The position numbers were made by a program, and so were the translations under genes. A DNA stretch of 64,000 nt, from the NCBI GenBank assembly GCA_958009085.1, contig OY253684.1, forward strand, positions 124,001-188,000, read 5' to 3'. The DNA comes from Protoeuglena noctilucae (taxonomy: Eukaryota). The number at the start of each line of letters is the position of its first letter. The first letter of the stretch is position 1. Of this stretch, positions 57,930 through 64,000 are shown piece by piece. The notes beneath the pieces were generated by a model that was given only the letters and a program-made list of their open reading frames with translations, was not told where the DNA came from and searched no databases.

Positions 57930-60061
57930 ATGACGGTCGACGTCGTCATCCGCGACCTGCTGGGGACGCCGATGGCGCTGCAAAGCGCGGTGAGTGGGAA
58001 CCCCGGGTGCACCACAGCTCTGCCCCGCTTGCTTGGGCCCCCACACTTCGCATGTGTCAAGCAAAAGCCAAAAGTGAGCATGAGATGTCAGCGCGTGCGC
58101 GGATATCGACAGGCCACCTTCCCCCTCGCAGCTTCTCGTCCTATTCGGAGCGCTGGCGGTCATCGCGTTGGCCCGCCCGCTGCGCAGTTTGCTCCGCGCC
58201 GTGCTCTGGCCTGGAGTCGGGGCGGTGATGGCGCACGATCCGTCGAGCAGCGCCCCCCTCGCGCCCCTGTCGCTGTCGTGGCCGATCGTCGGGATGCTGC
58301 CGACCGTGCTCAGCAGTAACAGGATGCAGGGCTTCTTCCGCCTCGCCAGCAAGGGCCGGACCTACCGTGGCTACGTGGTTGGCATGGGCGCCTTCCATAA
58401 CCTCTCTGGCGGGGAGGGCCTGCGTGTGCTGGACTCCGAGCACCCCGCCAGCAAGTGGCCCGAGGCCATGGAGCGCATCTTTGGCCCCGGGTCGCTCCTC
58501 ACTACCAACGGTGCCGAATGGCGCCGCCTGCGCAAGCTCCTTGGCTCGGCCATGACCCCCTGGCAGCTCGCGGCCTCTCTGCCGGACATCGTGGGGGCCG
58601 TCCGGGACGCCCTCACCCGCTGGGCCCGAGAGAGCGCAGAGGCGGCTGCCATGGGCTCCAAGCCCCCGCTGGGGGCGCCCCGCATCAAGTGCATGGCGTT
58701 GGACATCCTCCTGCGCGCCATCGTGGGCATGACCGTGGATGTGGAGGAGGTCGAGCGCATCGCGGTGGTGCTGAAGGACGTGGCGGCGGGCATCCTGATG
58801 CCCACGGAGTGGTACATGCCGGGGCACGGGCTGTTCGCCAAGGCCATGAACCGTAGTGAGGAGATCCGGGAGTGTTTCCGGCCGTACCTGGAGCACGCCA
58901 GGCGGGCCGCAACCCAGGGCGAGCTGTCAGGAGACCAGGCGGCCAAGCAGGAGGGCGGCTTGGAGGACCAGGCCTTGCCACGATCCAAGAGTGTTCGGCT
59001 CGACATGCGCTCCTCTTCCCTTCTGTATCGCCTGGCGGCGTGCCGGGACGAGGAAGGGCGGCCCCTGAGCGACGCGGCCTGCATGGACAACTTGCTGGTG
59101 TTCCTCTTCGCTGGCCACGAGACAACGGCTTCGGCCACCAGCAACCTGCTGCCCATGCTGGCGCACCACCCCCGCTGGGAGGAGCGTCTGCGGCAGGAGC
59201 AGAGGTGGGACGAGGACGCGGTGGCTGGCCCTGGGGTGTCCGTTGTGGCTGGCGATGACGTTAGCGGCTGGGTGTCGCTGCTCCCAGGGCGCTCATGGCA
59301 CAGTATGGCGAGGACATCACGATGGAGGTCTTGGGCAAGATGGAGGTGGCCGACGCGGTGGTCAGAGAGGTTCTGCGCATCTTCCCGCCTGCCGCCGCGG
59401 GCGCGTACCGCATCGCTGACCGCACCTTCGAGTCGGACGGATACCAGGTGGGCTGCACACCTGGAGATGGCTGAAGAAAGCTGGCATGCACGGTGTCAGT
59501 GCGTTGGAAACTGAAAACCAGGACCTGCAATCACTTGACGTGTTACCTGTCTCGCAGGTCCCGGCAAAACACCTCGTCAGCCCGGACTATGTCACCACGC
59601 ACATCTTCGACAGGCGAGGGCCCAGCTTTTGCACACCACGACCACCACCACCACCACCACCATGCAGGCACCCTTGGCTGCCTGTCGAGGTCCAGGGCTC
59701 ATCTCACAGCACCACTCACGGCACCTCTCGCAGGGGCTGCTGGGTCGACCCCTCCCGCATCTCCATGGAGCACATGGACCCAGTGAAGGGCTTCCGTCCA
59801 GAGCGGTGGCTGGGCGAGGGCGGGTTCAAGAAACCCGGCATCGACTACGTGCCCTTTGGCGTGGGCGCGCAGAGCTGCATCGGGACGACGCTCGCGTATA
59901 CGGAGATGAAGGCGTTCCTGGCCGTGGCATTCCGCGACTTCCGCATCCGGGTGGCAGACACGTCCCTGACGCTCCGGGGCCCTTGGCCCCTGCCGGAGAT
60001 GGCGTCGGGCGTGCCCTTCTGGGTCGAGCGCATCCCTACAGATGGGCGGGCGGGGGGGTGA
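57930..60061 (+). CDS. Cytochrome P450 with N-terminal membrane anchor
   Basis: Motifs FAGHETT (I helix), EVLR, FRPERW and PFGVGAQSCIG (heme Cys). Confidence 0.93.
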
Positions 60062-60112
60062 GGGTGGACTAGTGGCAGAGTGACAGCACAGCGTGGCAGG
60101 GTTGGTGTCGGT

Positions 60113-60163
60113 GGGTCAGCAAGCAGGTCAATAGATGAGGGTCAGCAAGCAGGTCAATAGATG
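60113..60163 (+). repeat. Tandem duplication with a 26-bp period downstream of the P450 stop
   Basis: GGGTCAGCAAGCAGGTCAATAGATG occurs twice. Confidence 0.9.
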
Positions 60164-60486
60164 GTGGTCAGATGGGGTAGTCAGCCAGCAGATGGTCAGG
60201 TGGATGGGAAGTCAGCCAGCAGGTAGCTCAGTTGCAATTCAGGCCGCATCACTTTAATTGAACCAGGCCTAAACACCAGACTGGCAATCCACTGACGTGG
60301 CAGAGACTGACACCGGTGCGCGCCTGTAATTATCTGAGCTCGACTGCATGGCGCATGCCTCAGTACTGTCGCTGCCCGTGCCGGCGCACGACGGGTTCGG
60401 GGTGGAGGTTGCCGGTGCCAAGCCACACGCAAGCGTGAGAAGGGTGGGCGGGCCATTTGGCGCCCTGACACTCGGGAGGGGGCACT

Positions 60487-63400
60487 ATGGAGTATTTCTT
60501 CAACGAGGGCACGTCGGACTCGTCCGGATCGGCCTGGTGGGCGTGCTGCACCCAGCGTGGTCTGTCCTGGCTGCCCCGGCATCTCCGTGCGGCCGCGCGA
60601 GAATCACTGCCACCTACTCGTGCAATTCCTGCAGTCCTCTGCACGACGCGGCCGAGTGCGGGGATGTTGAGCTCCTGGGCCGGCTGCTGGGCGGGGGCGG
60701 GCACGCCGATGGGCATGAGGTGAGCGCGCCGCGCGGGTGGTGCCTTTTGCTCTTTATGACGTCCGCAAGTTTTACTAGCGAAATATCGTGCTTGTTCTGG
60801 CCTGCAAGGTGGGTGGAGACTACGCCCGGCTTCAGACGGCCGGCTTTTCTGTATGCACGCAAAAGGAAGCTAGCGCGACTTTCCCCGTGCCTCTCTTGCT
60901 TGGCGGGAGCTTCCAACATGTGCTCTGTTTGCCACGGTATGCATGCAATACTACGAGATTTTCTCCGCTGCTTCCCCGGAGACGTTTGGGACCCGCGTGC
61001 AAGAGCTTGCTTTCGGCCCATGCTCGCGCGCGCCTGCGCCGCGATCGGCGGTTTCCGCGCGTCTCATGCGCTGTTAAGCGCCCATGATGTCCATTACCAA
61101 GCACCGATCATGCCGCGCGCAGGGGACGGAGGAGCGGCCGCTGCTGTCGGTGCGTGTCGACGTGAATGAGCGAGACGAGGACAATTTGACCCCGCTGCAC
61201 CTTGCCATCCTCAACGGCCATATCCAGTGCGTCCAAGGTGTGTGGGCTTTGGATTGCCAGCCCGCCAACGCTCAACACGCCCGCCGCCATTGCTGAGAGA
61301 ACGCTGTTCCCGGCTCGCAAGCATTTGGGCCTCGCAACCGCACACCGTGACCTCGCGACCCCGTCCGCAGCGCTCATCGAGGCGGGCGCGCGGCAGCTCG
61401 CCGCGGAGGGCTCCCGCCCAGTTCACATGGCCGTGCAGATGGGCCAGCTCCCAGGCATGGCTGGCTTCGGTGAGCGATCCCTTACGCGCCCCTTGCTTTG
61501 TGAAAAGTGTTACATGCATACAGTTCGATCTCTAGCGCCTTCCCGCCCTGCTGCGGCGGTCATCGCAACCCGCTCCTCTGCCCTTCCCACGTGCTGCAGC
61601 CCTCGAGTGCACGCGGCTGCTCCTGGACCACGGCGCGTCGCCCTACGACCGCGACGACTTCGGCCGCACGCCGCTGCACTGGGCGGCGCACGTGGGCTCC
61701 GCGGACCTGGCAGAGCTGCTGCTGGAGCGTGGCGCGGCGGAGCGTGCGGCACAGCGTGCGGCACACGCCGACCAAGAGAGGCGGCGCAGGGAGTTTGCTC
61801 AGGCGCACCCGGACGCCACGGTGGCCGGGAACGCGCCAGCCGCGGCGGTGGCGGACGGCCCGGGTGACATGGACGGGGCCTCTGGCATCCCGCCTGAAAC
61901 GGGGGTGGCGGCAGAGCACGATCCGCGGCAGGAGGCCGACGTGGAGGTGCCACCGCCGCTGGTGGCGACCGCGGACCGGCAGGGCCACACGGCGCTGCAC
62001 ATGGCGGCGCGCGCGGGGCAGGCCGAGGCGCTGCGAGCCATGCTGCGGGGGGTGGCGGGTTCAGACGGACGTGACCCGCGGGAGGGTGAGCCGCGCGACG
62101 GTGGGGGTCGGAGTGGCATGCTTGCGGAGCTGCCATTAGTCGAGGCTGGCGAGTGCCTGTTGTGGTGGTGTGACGGGATCAGGATGCGTTGTGCATTTCA
62201 GTTCCCAAGTAACCCTGACCATCGCTGTCCGCGTCTGCCGCAGTTGCCGAGGCCCTCGAGCGCCGGAGCAAGCAGGCGGGGCTGTCCCCGCTGCACCGGG
62301 CCGCTGAGGCGGGGAGCCAGCCCTGCTGCGAGGCCATCATGGCCGTCGCGCCCTCCCTCTTAAGCGCGCGGTGCAAGAAGGGCCGCACGGCGGGGGAGCT
62401 GGCCCTGCGCAGGGGCTACGGCGCTTTGGCTGCAGTGCTGGGGCTGACCCACACTGCGCCACCCACCGCTGCTGCTGGCCAAGACGACGTGCGCGGTCGG
62501 CCCACGCTACTGGTCGCGCCGCGCGCGTGCATGGAGCACCGCACCTTCCCGGAGGTGAGGCGCTGTTGCGGTGGATGGGGGTGGCATAGTACTGTTATAT
62601 GGTTGGCGTTCCACCATGCGCGTACCCACGACTCTCACCACCATCCCCTGCCTTTCTCTCTACCTCAGCCATACGTGCGCGGTGCGTCAGATGTGCCCCC
62701 TGAGAACGTCCATCGACTGAAGGTGCTCCTGCACCCCAGCACGGGCATCTTGCACGCCCAGGAGTTCGAGGGCCGCCTGGTTTGGGACATCGCATCGGGC
62801 CCTGCGGCCATGGGAGACATTCTGCGGTGAGCGTGGATGAGTGTTCAGGAATAGTAACGGACTGTAATTCACCATTGCAACTTTACTATTTCACCACTAC
62901 TGCTTCTCCTAAACCCTCACATCCCGCCTGCTTTCCTCACCCAGCGTGCACGACTGGCCTTACGTCCGGAGCCTCAAGCAGGCCTGCCAGGCCATTGAGG
63001 ACGTCCCCTCCGCCGTCTCTCACCTCGACGGGGACACCGCCATCTCCCGGCGCACCTTTGACGCTGCGCTCATGGCGGCGGGGGCCGTGGTGAGTGTGGG
63101 GTACCTAGGGGGCAGCCACTTCTTTCACGGATGGCTTTCTTCTTAGATCACGTGCTGCTGCAGAGGGACCCGCACTTGGTAGATCCCTAACCATGCAGGG
63201 TCATAACAGCCCGAGCGAGCCAGCCAAGAGTTGGGACTGAGAACCAGCTGCCACACGCACAGTTCACGCGACGCACGCACCCCTTTCCCCCTTACCACCC
63301 GCTCTGACCCTTCTTTCCCCTCTTCACCGCTTCTGCAGACGCACGCGATTGACCGGGTGATGCGGGGGGACGTGAAGAACGCCTTCTGTGCCATTCGCCC

Positions 63401-64000
63401 CCCGGGCCACCACGCGGGTCCTTCAGGAGTGGTCACCTCCCAACGCGACCCCAACGGCTCCCACGGCTTCTGCCTCCTGAACAACGTGGCCATCGGGGCC
63501 GCCTACGCGCTCAACGTCTACCGCCACGCGGGCATCCAGCGCGTCGCCATCCTCGGTGAGGCTAAGAGCAGACTAACAGCTTTGACGTGGACGTGTGCAA
63601 GTGGCGCATTGCACGCTGCACTCTCTTTGGCCGCTTGTGTTGTACACATCACTGCAACGGTGAACATCACTCCCTGCTCTCTTTTTCCACCCTTCCTGTG
63701 TACGGCATCCCACTCGCACAGATAAACGCCGTCCGTGTCGCCACCAGCCCACGTCATGCCGCCTCAACTCTCACCCCACTCACCCTCCCAATCCCCCCCC
63801 CCCCCCCACCAGACTTCGACGTGCACCACGGCAACGGCACGGAGGCGTGCGTGGACGCCGTGGTGCCTCGCACCGTGGTCCACCACTACAAGACGCCCTT
63901 CTCTGAGGGAGTCGAGAAGTTCTCCGTGTGGCGTCCCTGGCTGGACGAGGACGACTCGGACCGTGTCTTCTTCGCGTCGGTACAGGGATACGGCCCGAAG
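60487..64000 (+). CDS. Ankyrin-repeat plus class II histone deacetylase protein; runs off the window end
   Basis: Ankyrin motifs TPLHDAA, LTPLHLA, GRTPLHWAA, GHTALHMAA and LSPLHRAA, then PPENVHRL, RPPGHHAG, GFCLLNNVAIG and DFDVHHGNGT. Confidence 0.9.

Overview
Gene-dense, GC-rich nuclear DNA of an intron-rich green alga (chlorophyte-like: plastid transit peptides, MEP-pathway DXR, standard code); the organism is not identified. I can reconstruct 22 spliced protein-coding genes, with outer coordinates given and some starts tentative: ECD (partial), MPP10, a membrane-anchored subtilase, a small membrane protein, a TBC/RabGAP-like protein, a plastid heme-oxygenase-like diiron protein, an MKK3-type MAPKK, a DUF455 ferritin-like protein, RED/SMU2, an unknown plastid protein, eIF3L, DXR, an HDA14-like deacetylase, a class V PLP enzyme, an unknown plastid membrane protein, an ALDH, a WD40 protein, a SAM methyltransferase, ferredoxin C2, MPH2/TL16.5, a cytochrome P450 and an ankyrin-HDAC (partial). 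The most notable non-obvious signals are five. (1) Exon/intron junctions are repeatedly duplicated into introns and UTRs, and these untranslatable copies differ from the live exon mostly by synonymous changes. (2) The eIF3L introns carry a set of snoRNAs, two of which use co-varying GGACGA/CCGA boxes. (3) A plastid-targeted HDO enzyme of unknown function is present. (4) A 10-bp frameshifting duplication and an in-frame TGA occur in two nearby genes. (5) At least 10 introns are GC-AG. Family and rRNA-target assignments come from recalled motifs, not database searches.
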